From Candidatus Nanohalobium sp. (GTDB lineage: Archaea; Nanohalarchaeota; Nanosalinia; Nanosalinales; Nanosalinaceae), in contig JBDGSL010000011.1 in assembly GCA_042217555.1 (NCBI GenBank), positions 1 through 62,857 of the forward strand: a stretch of 62,857 nt of DNA, written 5' to 3'. A model generated the notes under the pieces. It saw only the letters and a program-made list of their open reading frames with translations, was not told the origin of the DNA and ran no database searches. Made by a program: the position numbers and the translations under genes. Below are positions 1-10,548 of the stretch, in pieces (positions within the stretch are counted from its first letter, which is position 1; every line of letters starts with the position of its first letter).

Positions 1-633
1 GTTCTTGGAGTCCATGAAGGTGACTTCCCAGTACTCGGAATGCTTCTCTATGTCCGAGAGCTTTACTTTCCTGACTTCCTTTGTGCGTGCTCCTGCGTCT
101 AGTAGCAGTATCGGTATCAGTTGGTCGCGTGGGTTTCTGGCCGCTTCTACCATCTTCCAGACTTGTTCCGGTGTGAGAAGGTTGACTTCTGTTTTCCTGT
201 CAGGGTCGGTTTCTCCCTTCAGTACTCCGGACTGGAGGATCATCTTCACCCTGTCCGGTCGCTGGTAGGGAATCGGATGCCGCAGCTTGTAGAACATCTT
301 TAATGCGGTCTTGAATCCGTTGATGGTCTTGTCGGCGTAATCCTTCTCTTCGTCATTTTTCAGTTCTCCGATCACCTTTACTAGGTCGTTCTTGGTCAGC
401 TGGTCGAGGTTGTCGCTGTCCAGTTGTTCTATCTTGTCGGTGTTGATGTATCGCTTGAGTAGGGTGGAGAACTTGCTGATGTACCAGCATATTCTGTAGG
501 CGCTGGTTTCGTCTCGTGCCTGTAGTTCTTGTACGAATTCTTCCAGTAGTTCGGCGTTCCGGTTGGTGACGTGGTTTTCTTGTTGTAGGTTTTGCAGGTT
601 TCGGTGTACGTCTTGGTTGGTGTAGTTTGTCAT
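1..633 (-). CDS. Tyrosine recombinase/integrase, N-terminal part (runs off the window)
   Basis: Not in ORF track. Manual translation from ATG at 633 gives MTNYTNQDV...LLTPEQVWKMVEAARNPRDQLIPILLLDAGARTKEVRKVKLSDI, a box I motif with the catalytic Arg; open to position 1. Confidence 0.85.
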   Translation of the reverse strand, partial: MTNYTNQDVHRNLQNLQQENHVTNRNAELLEEFVQELQARDETSAYRICWYISKFSTLLKRYINTDKIEQLDSDNLDQLTKNDLVKVIGELKNDEEKDYADKTINGFKTALKMFYKLRHPIPYQRPDRVKMILQSGVLKGETDPDRKTEVNLLTPEQVWKMVEAARNPRDQLIPILLLDAGARTKEVRKVKLSDIEKHSEYWEVTFMDSKN

Positions 634-919
634 TGGCGTTGTTTCACCATGGGTGCTGGTGGGTTCATGTGAACCCCCCGTCTACCCCCCGTTCACACCG
701 AAACATGGGCAATCAAGCCCGGACGCCGCATAAGGTTACGCTCTTATATCCGTCGTTACGGATGTATTCTAGGTGTGATGCTTCTGCTGTAGAGTCAAGG
801 TGGTTCTCGGAGAGGGGAAGATTTCAGGTTTTTTACACAGCGTTCCGACGCTGGTTGGTGAAGTTAGATGTATTCTAGAAGCGATGTTTTTGATGAGGAG
901 AGAGTAGATGTGGAGGTGT

Positions 920-1237
920 CTAGAATCCTGTCATGCCGGGTAGGTGGCCTACCTGGTCTTTTGCTTTGTCGGTCATTTTTTCTGGTTTCCAGCGTGGTTC
1001 GAAGGTTAGTTCTACGTTGACTTTGTTGACGTTTTGGATGGCTCCGACTTCCTGTCGCACCATTTCGTCGAATACTCCGCTGAGTGGGCATGCGGGTGTT
1101 GTAAGTGTCATGAGGATGTCTACCTGGTCTTCTTCTATTTCTATTTCGTAGATGAGGCCGAGGTCGACTATGTTTACTTCGAGTTCCGGGTCGATGACCT
1201 GTTTTAGTGCTTCTCTGACCTGTTTTTTGGTTGGCAT
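920..1237 (-). CDS. DUF59/MIP18 (SufT-like) Fe-S cluster assembly protein
   Basis: VIDPELEVNIVDLGLIY and MTLTTPACP motifs; start reassigned to ATG 1237. Confidence 0.9.
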   Translation of the reverse strand: MPTKKQVREALKQVIDPELEVNIVDLGLIYEIEIEEDQVDILMTLTTPACPLSGVFDEMVRQEVGAIQNVNKVNVELTFEPRWKPEKMTDKAKDQVGHLPGMTGF

Positions 1238-1281
1238 ACTGTTTCTTTTTGCGGAGTGCAAGTTTTTTAGAGCCTGGTTTT

Positions 1282-2922
1282 TCAGAGGTATATCCAGGTT
1301 ACGAGCCCGGTGTACAGGAGGATGAGTGCGAGTACTGTGAGCCGTATCAGGATGTTTATAGTGAAGACGAGTCCCAGGTAGTCTTCCTGAAGCAGGTTTA
1401 TTTCAGGTGTTTTTCGGCATTTCATTCCTATCTGTGCGTCTGACAGGTTTTCATCTGCTTTCTGTACTGTTTCCTGTATTTTTGATGTTTTCACCTGTTT
1501 TCTGCTGGATAGTTCGTGTATGCTCTGGTGTGTGTCGGTTGTGAAGAGTACTGTCTGGTCGTATCTCTGTGAGAGTTTTTCCTCGAGTTTTCGAAGTTCT
1601 CTGGTTGTGCCGTTGCCTTCTATGCCGAATACCGCTGTTTTCTGGCCTGCTACTTTTTCTACCAGTGCGAATACCGGTGTTTCTCCGGTTCTGGCGGCGG
1701 TTCCGGCGTGGTAGCTGTGCTGTCTTTGCTGTTCGAGTTTCTGTTTGAAGTCTGTGAGGTGTTTTCTGAGCTGGCGTGATTCCCTGGTGTTGTACCATAC
1801 TTCTCCCTTGTCTGTTTCTGTGTCGTGGCTGTGAGTGTCGATCAGGACTGTTCTGTCCAGGTCCAGTTCTTCCTTGAAGACAGGTAGTTCGTAGTCGTCC
1901 CATTCTGCGTCCATGTATATGACTTTGTTTTCTCCTATTTTCCTGCCGTGGAACGTGACTCCGGGGTATTTCTCGGTGATCATCTTTGAGGCTTTACCTG
2001 TCTTTTCTGGTTTTTCAACGGCTTCAAGGATTTTTCTGTGGTCTTCGGGATCGGTGGGGTCGGACTTGTGCATGGAGGGTACGTGGAGGAAGAAGCCTTT
2101 GCCGTCCTTGTTCAGTTTTTCTATTATCTTCGATGTTATCTGTCCTCCTCCAAAACCTTCTAGAGGTCCAGGGTGTATCCACGGAATCAGGAGTGTGGTG
2201 CTGTCTTCCCTGTTTTCTATCTCCAGTGTCTGTACTTCGGGCCTGGTTGGGTATCCAAGGTCGAGCGCTTCCTGTTTTTTCTGAAGTAGACCGGTTGTGA
2301 GCTGTACCACGGAAACGTCCGTATTCACTTTTATAAGGTACTCTCCGATGATTATCACGGCAAACAGTAGGGCTGCGGCCAGTCCAAGCACGGCTATGTT
2401 CCAGATGTAGCCGGTTAAGGAGGCGTTTATCCTTCCTCCGAGGAAGTAATGGAACGCTGCCAGGAATGCAAGAGGCTGTACTGAGCTTAGAACTGCTATC
2501 CTGTCAATGTACTTGTATCCAAGTGTAAGCAGCAGTACTACAAGGTTGGACAGGTATACTGTTGCGAGAGCTAGCCAGAAGATTCTCCATGCACTGCCGA
2601 AGCTTTCTGCACCTGTCAGTATAACGCCGTAGATGAAAAGCATGGTCTCGTTCGATCCCGCAAGGAAGTAACCCCAGCTCCGAGGATAGTCTGGTAGAAA
2701 CCGGTAAAGTAGTTCGCCGGAGATAAAAGCAGGTAATATGAATGCAAAGACCGCTACAACTCCTGCAGTAATTATACCAGGGTTGTACGGCGAGAATAGA
2801 CGGGTGGAAGCTGTGAAAAGTGCTGCGTAGATAGCTCCCAGTCCTATTATTACTGCGGCGACCTTTCGGAAGTCAGGTATGGTGAAGACAACTTTCTTGA
2901 ATATATCAACGTTCTGGCCCAT
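1282..2922 (-). CDS. DUF2070-family membrane protein
   Basis: Multi-TM N-terminus; IHPGP...GG, DxHS, GN and TTDTH motifs. Confidence 0.75.
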   Translation of the reverse strand: MGQNVDIFKKVVFTIPDFRKVAAVIIGLGAIYAALFTASTRLFSPYNPGIITAGVVAVFAFILPAFISGELLYRFLPDYPRSWGYFLAGSNETMLFIYGVILTGAESFGSAWRIFWLALATVYLSNLVVLLLTLGYKYIDRIAVLSSVQPLAFLAAFHYFLGGRINASLTGYIWNIAVLGLAAALLFAVIIIGEYLIKVNTDVSVVQLTTGLLQKKQEALDLGYPTRPEVQTLEIENREDSTTLLIPWIHPGPLEGFGGGQITSKIIEKLNKDGKGFFLHVPSMHKSDPTDPEDHRKILEAVEKPEKTGKASKMITEKYPGVTFHGRKIGENKVIYMDAEWDDYELPVFKEELDLDRTVLIDTHSHDTETDKGEVWYNTRESRQLRKHLTDFKQKLEQQRQHSYHAGTAARTGETPVFALVEKVAGQKTAVFGIEGNGTTRELRKLEEKLSQRYDQTVLFTTDTHQSIHELSSRKQVKTSKIQETVQKADENLSDAQIGMKCRKTPEINLLQEDYLGLVFTINILIRLTVLALILLYTGLVTWIYL

Positions 2923-3961
2923 GTTGTTTCTCCTCCTTCAGCCCCTGGTATATCTGTTCAAGCCTGTCGATCTTGTCTTCCACAGAGTAGTTTTTTACGG
3001 CGTCACGTGTGTCCCAGTCCTGTTCCACTGCCTGAAGTACTTTCTGTTTGAAATCTTCCGTATCTTCTTTCCTGAACTTCAGGCCGTTCTCCTGTACTGT
3101 CTTGTCAAAGGGGTGTACGTCGGGAGCTACAACCGGGGTGTCGCATGCATTGGCTTCAAGCGGTGAAAGTCCGAGCGTATCTCCTGTTGAGGCAGTTACA
3201 AAGACGTCAAGCATTGAGTAGTAGCCCGGTAGTTTGCTGCGGTCGAGAAAGTCCTTGAAGACGACGTTCCCAGGTGCTTCTTCCTCAAGTTCTTCTCTGG
3301 CAGGTCCCTCACCTACTATAACCACTGTTCCAGGGAAGTCTTCTGCCATCTCCAGTACCTGTTCCACGTTTTTCTCCCGGCTTATCCTTCCGCTGTAGCC
3401 TGCGACAGGTCTTTCAAGGTTCCAGTCACTCTCTTCTCCGGGCCGGAAGAACTCCATGTCTATACCTGCTGCCAGCTCCATCGCTTCTACATCCCGGTTT
3501 GGACTTCCTGTATTGGTGGTTACGGTGTCGAAGGTTGAAAGAAATCTTTCCTCTAAAGGCACGTACAGTTTTCCCATAAGGTCAGCGATGGCCTCTACCT
3601 TCACCTGTTGTTCGAAGTACTCTTCAAGCGGAGTGTGATGTGTGTAGACCGATGGCACCTCGTTTATGTAGGCGTAAAGCCTTCCTGCAACTCCCAGGGT
3701 CGCAGGGCCGTGGCAGTGAACGATGTCGAAATCAGGGAAGTCCAGGGAAGCCGGGACAGGAATATTGTAACCGGAGTAGAAAGGGTTGCTAACTGATCTA
3801 ACCGGTATCTCGTCTTTTCCAGGCGTGTAACCTTCTGCATCCGGATAGATAATCTTTACCTCGTGGCCTCTTCTCTCAAGTCTTTCCTTCCACAGCTTCA
3901 AGGTGTAAGCTACTCCGTCTATCTCAGGGAAGTAGCTCTCAGTGAAGAAGCCAATCCTCAT
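2906..3961 (-). CDS. Glycosyltransferase family 4
   Basis: MRIGFFTESYFPEIDGV, GRISREKN, DTLGLSPLEANAC. Confidence 0.9.
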   Translation of the reverse strand: MRIGFFTESYFPEIDGVAYTLKLWKERLERRGHEVKIIYPDAEGYTPGKDEIPVRSVSNPFYSGYNIPVPASLDFPDFDIVHCHGPATLGVAGRLYAYINEVPSVYTHHTPLEEYFEQQVKVEAIADLMGKLYVPLEERFLSTFDTVTTNTGSPNRDVEAMELAAGIDMEFFRPGEESDWNLERPVAGYSGRISREKNVEQVLEMAEDFPGTVVIVGEGPAREELEEEAPGNVVFKDFLDRSKLPGYYSMLDVFVTASTGDTLGLSPLEANACDTPVVAPDVHPFDKTVQENGLKFRKEDTEDFKQKVLQAVEQDWDTRDAVKNYSVEDKIDRLEQIYQGLKEEKQHGPER

Positions 3962-4971
3962 CTCTGATCACCTGAAAGCTCCTGATACAGGGATACAAGG
4001 TCATCTCCTACTTTTTCAAGTTTGAAGTCACGGCTTTTCTTTTCTGCAGCTTTTCCCAGTTCTTTTCTTCTGCTTCTATCGTTTACAAGTTTTTCCAGAA
4101 CGTTTTCAAAGTTTTCTTCTGCTTTCAGACAGTTTTCTCCGTCTTCAAGCCACTGAAATGTTTCGATATCTCTTACTACAGGCGGTTTACTGGCAGCCAT
4201 TGCTTCCAGCAAGGCCATTCCCTCGTTTTCGTTCCTCGTGGGGAAGAAGAATATGTCGCCAGCGGCGAAAGCACCTCTTACATCTTCTATGTACCCTGTG
4301 AACGTGCAGTTGTCCGGTGAGTTCTCAACTATTTTCCCTGTTTCTCTTCCCCGGAGCAAACTGTCTAGAATACTGTCTCCTCCGGTAGGGTTAAGGTAGC
4401 CGAACCATACGAAATCTGTCTCCGGCATCTCTCTCGCTGTTTCAACGAACGTTTTCAGTCCCTTCCTCTTGATCACGTGGCCGACACAGAACACTACAGG
4501 AGGTTCAAGGCTGTAACGTTCCAGGTACTCTTCCCTCAGCTCTTGGAAGCCTTCCAGCTTTTCCGGGTTGAACCCGTTGCTGATAACAGTCTTGGGCGTG
4601 TCAGTGTAGCCCTCAACTACCTCTCTGTTATGCTCTGAAGGGCAGATAACATGGTCTGCAAGAGAGTATACATAGCTCAGGTACGGTTTTAGGGGATGTG
4701 AGAGGATGTTGGAGAATGCAAAGCTCTGTCTGAAGTCTTCAGCAGTTTGATGTGCGTGTATAACTACTTTTACATCTTTCTTCCTGGCTTTCAACGCATA
4801 GTAAACTGATTTAGGGCCCATGTTATTGAGATGGAGTATATCGGCTTCCAGGTCGGGCTGTGTAGTGTAATCTATACCTCTCTCCTTCATTATCTTTCTC
4901 TGGTTCTCTACGGACTGGGCGTGACCTCCCGTGATCAGGTCTTCCCATTCAAAGTAGTGGCTTATCTTCAT
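3958..4971 (-). CDS. Glycosyltransferase family 4
   Basis: GHVIKRKG, ENEGMALLEAMA; 4-nt overlap with the next GT4 gene. Confidence 0.9.
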   Translation of the reverse strand: MKISHYFEWEDLITGGHAQSVENQRKIMKERGIDYTTQPDLEADILHLNNMGPKSVYYALKARKKDVKVVIHAHQTAEDFRQSFAFSNILSHPLKPYLSYVYSLADHVICPSEHNREVVEGYTDTPKTVISNGFNPEKLEGFQELREEYLERYSLEPPVVFCVGHVIKRKGLKTFVETAREMPETDFVWFGYLNPTGGDSILDSLLRGRETGKIVENSPDNCTFTGYIEDVRGAFAAGDIFFFPTRNENEGMALLEAMAASKPPVVRDIETFQWLEDGENCLKAEENFENVLEKLVNDRSRRKELGKAAEKKSRDFKLEKVGDDLVSLYQELSGDQR

Positions 4972-5011
4972 CGAGTTATTCTAAAAAACCTGCTGCCACC
5001 TTTTTGAAGTT

Positions 5012-5299
5012 ATGCGGACCCGTGAAATCGCAAGGGAACGGATAGATATACTGTTTAGAGAGGCTGGAGAGAAGTTTGAACGCCATCCTGAGCTTTCCAG
5101 GCGTTACGTTGAGATAGCCAGAAGGATAGGAGAGAGAGTCCAGGTCTCTATACCTGGAGAGTACAGGAAAAAGTTCTGCAGCAGCTGTGGAGCATACTGG
5201 AAACCAGGAAAGACATGCAGAGTCCGTCTGAAATCTGAAAACCGGCTAGTGCAGTACCACTGCCTGGAATGTGGCGAAGTCGAGAACTATGGATATTAG
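5012..5299 (+). CDS. rnp4: RNase P protein component 4 (Rpp21)
   Basis: IARERIDILF, RRYVEIARRI, two CxxC pairs. Confidence 0.9.
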   Translation: MRTREIARERIDILFREAGEKFERHPELSRRYVEIARRIGERVQVSIPGEYRKKFCSSCGAYWKPGKTCRVRLKSENRLVQYHCLECGEVENYGY

Positions 5300-6302
5300 A
5301 GACCTCAAAGACAGCAAAATGGTATGGTTCGCTATTTCTACTGCTATGATAGCAGGTATGATCTACTTTGCTGATGTAGAAAAGTTTATAGAATCAGTTC
5401 AGAGTGCCAGAGTTCTTCCATTGATACCGGCTTTCGTCCTCGGACTGTCAATCTTCCCTCTACTGAGCTACGTATGGTACCGTGTGTTCACAGCCTCAGG
5501 GATACACACAACGTACTGGAAGGCCCTGAAGGTCTTCATGGCAGGCAACTTCATGAACTCGGTGACCCCTCTCGGACAGTTCGGGGGAGAACCCCTGATG
5601 GCCTATCTCGTACAGAAAAACTGGGATGAAAGCTACGAGAAATCGATTTCAAGCGTCTTCTCAGCCGATATAATGAACGCTACACCTCACGTCACGTTCG
5701 TAGTAGGCGGAGGACTGTACATGATGCTTTTCCACTCCATCAACCAGTTAATAGTTCAAGCGCTTTATGCAACACTGATGATGACGGTACTGGGAGGTCT
5801 GCTTGTCTACCTGCTGTGGTTCGAGGCCGGTACCATAGAGGGTAAAATAGTGGACGCACTGCGGAAGATAAGCAGTTTTGTGGGGAAAGGAAGCAGCGTA
5901 GTAGATAAACTAGAGGAAAAACTGGCCGAAGTAGAGGAAAGCTTCAGAGCAATAGGAGAATCACCACGATACCTGTTCAAAACTGCTGTAGTTGCACACA
6001 TCGGTTTCCTGACACAGGTATTCTGTTTTTACTTTATAGCGCTTTCACTTGGATTTCAGGCAGATATAACACCGATATTCTTCGTAACTACGCTGGCCGG
6101 GCTTGCCACGTTTTCACCGACGCCCGGAGGTTCCGGGACGATGGAAGCAGCTATGGCAGGGCTTATAACCGTGTTCTTCCCCGGTACAAGCTTTGCTACA
6201 GGACTTACTGTGGCTATCCTTTTCCGTATCACAACCTACTGGCCGGGTATACTGCTTGGATGGCTGGCACTGAACAATCTTCAGAAAGGAGAGATAGAAT
6301 GA
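5289..6302 (+). CDS. Flippase-like UPF0104 / lysylphosphatidylglycerol synthase TM-domain protein
   Basis: NSVTPLGQFGGEP, PTPGGSGTME, FRITTYW motifs; multi-TM. Confidence 0.85.
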   Translation: MDIRDLKDSKMVWFAISTAMIAGMIYFADVEKFIESVQSARVLPLIPAFVLGLSIFPLLSYVWYRVFTASGIHTTYWKALKVFMAGNFMNSVTPLGQFGGEPLMAYLVQKNWDESYEKSISSVFSADIMNATPHVTFVVGGGLYMMLFHSINQLIVQALYATLMMTVLGGLLVYLLWFEAGTIEGKIVDALRKISSFVGKGSSVVDKLEEKLAEVEESFRAIGESPRYLFKTAVVAHIGFLTQVFCFYFIALSLGFQADITPIFFVTTLAGLATFSPTPGGSGTMEAAMAGLITVFFPGTSFATGLTVAILFRITTYWPGILLGWLALNNLQKGEIE

Positions 6303-7234
6303 CATACACGTACAGACTGGCCGGAGAAGACCTTGAACTGGCAGAGGCCGAACTCAACGGATTCCTTGAATCCCAGGGACTGGAAGAGAAAGCTGACAGA
6401 AGAGGAAGACTCGCGGAGACAGATTCAGAGCCTTTACAGCTGAAAAGACTTGCACTGACACATGAAGTAATGGAGAAGAAGGTAGAGACCGTTCTGGAAG
6501 ATATTGACCTGTCCGATATCGAAGTAAAAGGTAGTTTCGCAGTCCGCTGCAAGTCACTGAGAGGAGAAACAGACACAGAAAAAATAGAAGAAGAACTGGG
6601 TGAAAAACTCAGCAGTCCTGAAAACCAGGTCGACCTGGAAAACCCGGAGACAGAAATTTTAGCGTACACACAGGGAGAGAGACTGGTTGCAGGAAAAACA
6701 GTCCAGGATATCGACCGTGGACTTTTCAAGAAGCGGAAGAATCAGGAGAGACCGTTCTCATCACCCGTGTCTCTCGACCCTGTTCTGGCCCGTATACTTG
6801 TGAACCTGACAGGTATAAGACCCGGGGAGAAGATCCTTGATCCTTTCTGTGGAACAGGAGGTATACTGATCGAAGCAGGACTATGTGGTGTAGAAGTATA
6901 CGGCCTGGACCTGCAGGAAAAAATGGTGAAAGGGACGCAGAAAAACCTGGAAGAGTACGGCATACTACGACACGACATAAGAAAAGGAAAGATTTCCAAG
7001 GTAGAAGAAGTATTTGACACCGAATTTGACGCAGTAGTAACCGACCTGCCCTACGGAAAAGCATCGCACAAAAAAGGAAACCCTGCTGAAGAGTTCATCA
7101 AAAAAACAGAAAAACTCACGGACGGAAAAACAGTTTTCATGTCCAACCAGGAACAGATAAAAGACCTGAAACCGGAGTTCGAAATCTACGTCCACAAAAA
7201 CCTAACACGGTACATCTACCGGTTTGAACGGTAG
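6299..7234 (+). CDS. THUMP-domain tRNA methyltransferase (Trm11/TrmG10-like)
   Basis: RPFSSPVSLDP, LDPFCGTGGILIEAG, DLPYG. Confidence 0.85.
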   Translation: MTYTYRLAGEDLELAEAELNGFLESQGLEEKADRRGRLAETDSEPLQLKRLALTHEVMEKKVETVLEDIDLSDIEVKGSFAVRCKSLRGETDTEKIEEELGEKLSSPENQVDLENPETEILAYTQGERLVAGKTVQDIDRGLFKKRKNQERPFSSPVSLDPVLARILVNLTGIRPGEKILDPFCGTGGILIEAGLCGVEVYGLDLQEKMVKGTQKNLEEYGILRHDIRKGKISKVEEVFDTEFDAVVTDLPYGKASHKKGNPAEEFIKKTEKLTDGKTVFMSNQEQIKDLKPEFEIYVHKNLTRYIYRFER

Positions 7235-7812
7235 AACTCCTCAAACTCAGGGCCTACATAGCCGCTGTCAAGCCCAGGCCCATAACTTCCCGAGTCGTTA
7301 CCCGGCGTCAGAGGAACTTCAACCTCAAGAGAGTTTCTTACCTCTTCCGGAATACCTTCTCTAAGCCCCTCCATAACCTGTTCATAATCATCCATTACTC
7401 TGAAAAGATAAGGTACCGGGTTTAAACCACTGGAAACCGAACCAAACAGATCTTCGTCAGCGTAAACTTCTCCATCACTATCTGAGACTATTAAGGGAGT
7501 AAGATCTCCTTCCTGTTCCTGGTAAATCACAAACACACCTGTCTTATCGTATAACTCCTCCAGCCCCTCAGAAAAATCTCTGAAGAGCTCTCTAGCAGAG
7601 TCATGAGAAGATCTTTCAAGTATAAAATTGACTTCCCTACCTGCTTTTGAAAAGTCGGAAAAGCCTTCCTCACTCAGCTTTTTTCTCCGCATCTCGCTTT
7701 CATACTGTTCTATGTCGTTTTCTACCTCTCTTAAATCGCTTCCATCTTTTCTCACCTCTCCAACAAGATTTTCATGGACTTCCCTCCAGGAATTACCGAC
7801 ATCATATGCCAT
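7216..7812 (-). CDS. Hypothetical acidic protein
   Basis: 198-aa ORF with halophilic composition; no motif recognised. Confidence 0.6.
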   Translation of the reverse strand: MAYDVGNSWREVHENLVGEVRKDGSDLREVENDIEQYESEMRRKKLSEEGFSDFSKAGREVNFILERSSHDSARELFRDFSEGLEELYDKTGVFVIYQEQEGDLTPLIVSDSDGEVYADEDLFGSVSSGLNPVPYLFRVMDDYEQVMEGLREGIPEEVRNSLEVEVPLTPGNDSGSYGPGLDSGYVGPEFEEFYRSNR

Positions 7813-7898
7813 TGTTACCTGTCCGTGAAAGAGATTTTTTTATAGTTTTCGATGGTGTTGAGAGAAGGTTAAAAATGTGTGATCCAAACGTTTTCCGT

Positions 7899-8810
7899 AT
7901 GGATATCTGGACGGTTGGAACTTCGAGTGCGGTCCCCACGCAGGACAGGAATCTGCCTTGTAACATGGTTAACTTTCAAGGGGAGCGTCTGCTGTTTGAC
8001 TGTGGTGAAGGCGCTCAGAAACGGATAATGATGGATAAACTTGGCCTGATGAAAATATCAAGGATCTTCATAACTCACTGGCACGCAGATCACTTCTCAG
8101 GGCTGCTCGGACTTATCCAGACAATGGAGATGGAGGGTCGGGAGGAAACGCTTTACATCTACGGCCCGCCGAGAACTGAGGAGTTCACGGACCGTATACT
8201 TGACACAGGGTACTTCCAGAGAAACTACGACATCTTCGTTGAGGACATCGTGGAGGGAGACGTCATCTCCGGAGACGGCTACCAGGTCAGGCCTTTCGAA
8301 GTCGAACACGGCGTGAACGCTTTCGGCTACGTTTTCGAAGAAGAGGCCTCAAAAAAGGCAAACAAAGAGAAGATGAAGAAGTACGGACTGGAAAGCTCGC
8401 CGAAGATAGGAGAACTTAAACAGGGAGAAACAATCAAATGGAACGGAGAAAAAATACAGCCAGAGGACGTCATAGAGGAAGTAACAGGGAGAAAAATAGT
8501 CTACTCCGGTGACACAGCAAAATGCGAGAACATGATCCGGCACGCAGAGGATGCAGATCTTCTTATACATGAAGCCACTGTAAGCCACGACATGATAGAC
8601 CAGAGAGACAACCACTCCTCAGCCAGACAGGCAGCCGAAGTAGCCAGAGAAGCAAACGTAGACAAACTCGTCCTGACACACCTATCCAGAAGATTCAGAG
8701 GAGAAAAAAGCCAGGAACTACAGAAAGAAGCAAAAAAAGAGTTCGAAAACACCGTCCTCGGAGAAGACGGCAAAAAATTCGAGATAAAACCTCACAGGCC
8801 GGAATCCTGA
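7899..8810 (+). CDS. rnz: Ribonuclease Z
   Basis: GTSSAVPT, FDCGEG, THWHADH, SGDT, HEAT, LTHLS; start reassigned to ATG 7899. Confidence 0.95.
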   Translation: MDIWTVGTSSAVPTQDRNLPCNMVNFQGERLLFDCGEGAQKRIMMDKLGLMKISRIFITHWHADHFSGLLGLIQTMEMEGREETLYIYGPPRTEEFTDRILDTGYFQRNYDIFVEDIVEGDVISGDGYQVRPFEVEHGVNAFGYVFEEEASKKANKEKMKKYGLESSPKIGELKQGETIKWNGEKIQPEDVIEEVTGRKIVYSGDTAKCENMIRHAEDADLLIHEATVSHDMIDQRDNHSSARQAAEVAREANVDKLVLTHLSRRFRGEKSQELQKEAKKEFENTVLGEDGKKFEIKPHRPES

Positions 8811-8822
8811 GTGAGGTAGGAG

Positions 8823-9326
8823 TTACCGCGCCGGTCCGGAGCAGTACTCCTCAAGTTCTAGTATTTCCTCGTAAGTTCCTATGGTCTCGGCGATCTCCTC
8901 TACTTCTCTGCCGTAGCTTTCTTTATCGAACCGGAATGAAGCAGCTATGCTGTCCTCAAGGATGTTGGCCTCAACTGAGACATCATCAGCGTAGATATAT
9001 TCATCCATCCATGCCTCAGTCAGATTGGCATTCTTCTGGAACAGTTCTTTCCCTCCTTCTATATCAGTTCCCGGCGAAACAGTATATTTGATGTGTACAG
9101 AGTCCTCTCCCTCCGTTACAACGACATCTCCATAGATATCCATGCTATCTTCATCCGGATTGTAGCCTATATTCCCATCATTGATCAGCAAATCCCTGAT
9201 ATCTTCCTCAACATCACTCCTCTTCAATCCTTTCCTAGGGATGCCTTTCTCACGTAAATTCTTTCCTCCTTCAAGAACTTCCTCTACTTCTGAACTCTCC
9301 AAGCCTTCTTCAGATTCTAACGACAT
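8823..9326 (-). CDS. Hypothetical acidic protein
   Basis: 167-aa ORF; no motif recognised. Confidence 0.6.
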   Translation of the reverse strand: MSLESEEGLESSEVEEVLEGGKNLREKGIPRKGLKRSDVEEDIRDLLINDGNIGYNPDEDSMDIYGDVVVTEGEDSVHIKYTVSPGTDIEGGKELFQKNANLTEAWMDEYIYADDVSVEANILEDSIAASFRFDKESYGREVEEIAETIGTYEEILELEEYCSGPAR

Positions 9327-9359
9327 ACGACATTACCAGACGAAAAACTTTTTAGTACT

Positions 9360-9881
9360 TCAAAGTTCACGGGTAAGTTTCCTGTCCTCACTTGGCTCGA
9401 CCCTGATCTCAGCATCTTCAAACTCCTCTTTGATCGGGTCGTTCTGTATCCTGTCAAGGAATACTGCAAGGGCTGCTATTTCGCTGTGCGGCTGGTTTCC
9501 TACCGATATGTTGTAGTCTACGTGTGTGTAGACCCATCGAGGTACTTTTTCGGCGCCGATAACTACCAGGAGATCTCCCTGTTCTTTGAAGGCATCTTCC
9601 AGTTCGCTAGCTTTCTCATTGATCTTTTCTCCGTACATGGTGAGGTGTACGGTTAAACCGTCGAACTTACGGATCTCTTTCCTCCACTCTTCCGTGTAGC
9701 GGACTGTGAAGCTGCCTCCCCACCTGTCAACTATGTCTTCCACGCTTTCCATCATGTTGGAGTCGTGTTGACCTGAGTAAACTATCTCGGAAGCTCCCCA
9801 CTGTCTCGCGGTCAAACCAACATGAGTGGAGATCCTGTCATCTCTTCCGGCCCTGTGTCCGAGGCGTAAGACTTTGATCAT
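9360..9881 (-). CDS. trm56: tRNA (cytidine-56-2'-O)-methyltransferase
   Basis: LRLGHRAGRDDRISTHVGLTAR, HLTMYG, GAEKVP, NQPHSEIAALA. Confidence 0.95.
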   Translation of the reverse strand: MIKVLRLGHRAGRDDRISTHVGLTARQWGASEIVYSGQHDSNMMESVEDIVDRWGGSFTVRYTEEWRKEIRKFDGLTVHLTMYGEKINEKASELEDAFKEQGDLLVVIGAEKVPRWVYTHVDYNISVGNQPHSEIAALAVFLDRIQNDPIKEEFEDAEIRVEPSEDRKLTREL

Positions 9882-9969
9882 ATGGATAAGATAGAAGGAG
9901 TAAAACGTTTTATGGAGAGGGAAGGAAACCGGTTCTGATTTAAAAATCGAGCTGTAATATCTACTTGCT

Positions 9970-10548
9970 ATGATAAATCGATGGTTTGAAGACGTCAAGG
10001 AGGTAGTTTCTGATCCCTCTGGTTTCTTCCAGGATGCGGATCAGGACGGTTTTGGCTACCCTCTGAAGTTCGCTGCAGTCTCCCTTCTTGTATCAGGAGT
10101 TCTTAACGCTGTGAGAACAGCTCTATTCTCCGGTATGGGACAGGAAAGTGGAGCTGTTGCGGCTGGAGCCGTCTTCGGATTTATAGGTACGTTCATAGGA
10201 GGATTGATCAGTCTGCTGATAGGTGCCGGCCTTATCCACATCGTAGTAGTACTATTCGGTGGAGAAGGATACGACAAGACGCTGTCAGTGATGGAGTATG
10301 CGACAGCAGTATCCCCTGTCACCGCGCTTCTATCCTTCGTACCGATTCTCGGAGCACTGGCAGGACTGCTTGTAGGACTGTACGGCCTCTACATCCAGAT
10401 CAAGGGAGTGGAGATCATACAGGACCTTACAACAGGAAAAGCTGCAATTGCAGTGATACTGCCAGGATTGATCATCGCAGCCCTCGTGATGGTGCTAGTA
10501 TTCACAGTGGGCGCAGCCATGTTACTTGGCGGCACAGCAGCGATGTAA
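9970..10548 (+). CDS. Yip1-domain membrane protein
   Basis: About five TM segments; N-terminal V..P..FF pattern. Confidence 0.7.
   Translation: MINRWFEDVKEVVSDPSGFFQDADQDGFGYPLKFAAVSLLVSGVLNAVRTALFSGMGQESGAVAAGAVFGFIGTFIGGLISLLIGAGLIHIVVVLFGGEGYDKTLSVMEYATAVSPVTALLSFVPILGALAGLLVGLYGLYIQIKGVEIIQDLTTGKAAIAVILPGLIIAALVMVLVFTVGAAMLLGGTAAM

Noticed and set aside
7647..7898. Long N-terminal extensions in the ORF track (rnz; also trm56, ppsA, HerA-like 31547-31837)
   Set aside because: They overlap opposite-strand genes or promoters; family motifs begin at downstream ATGs
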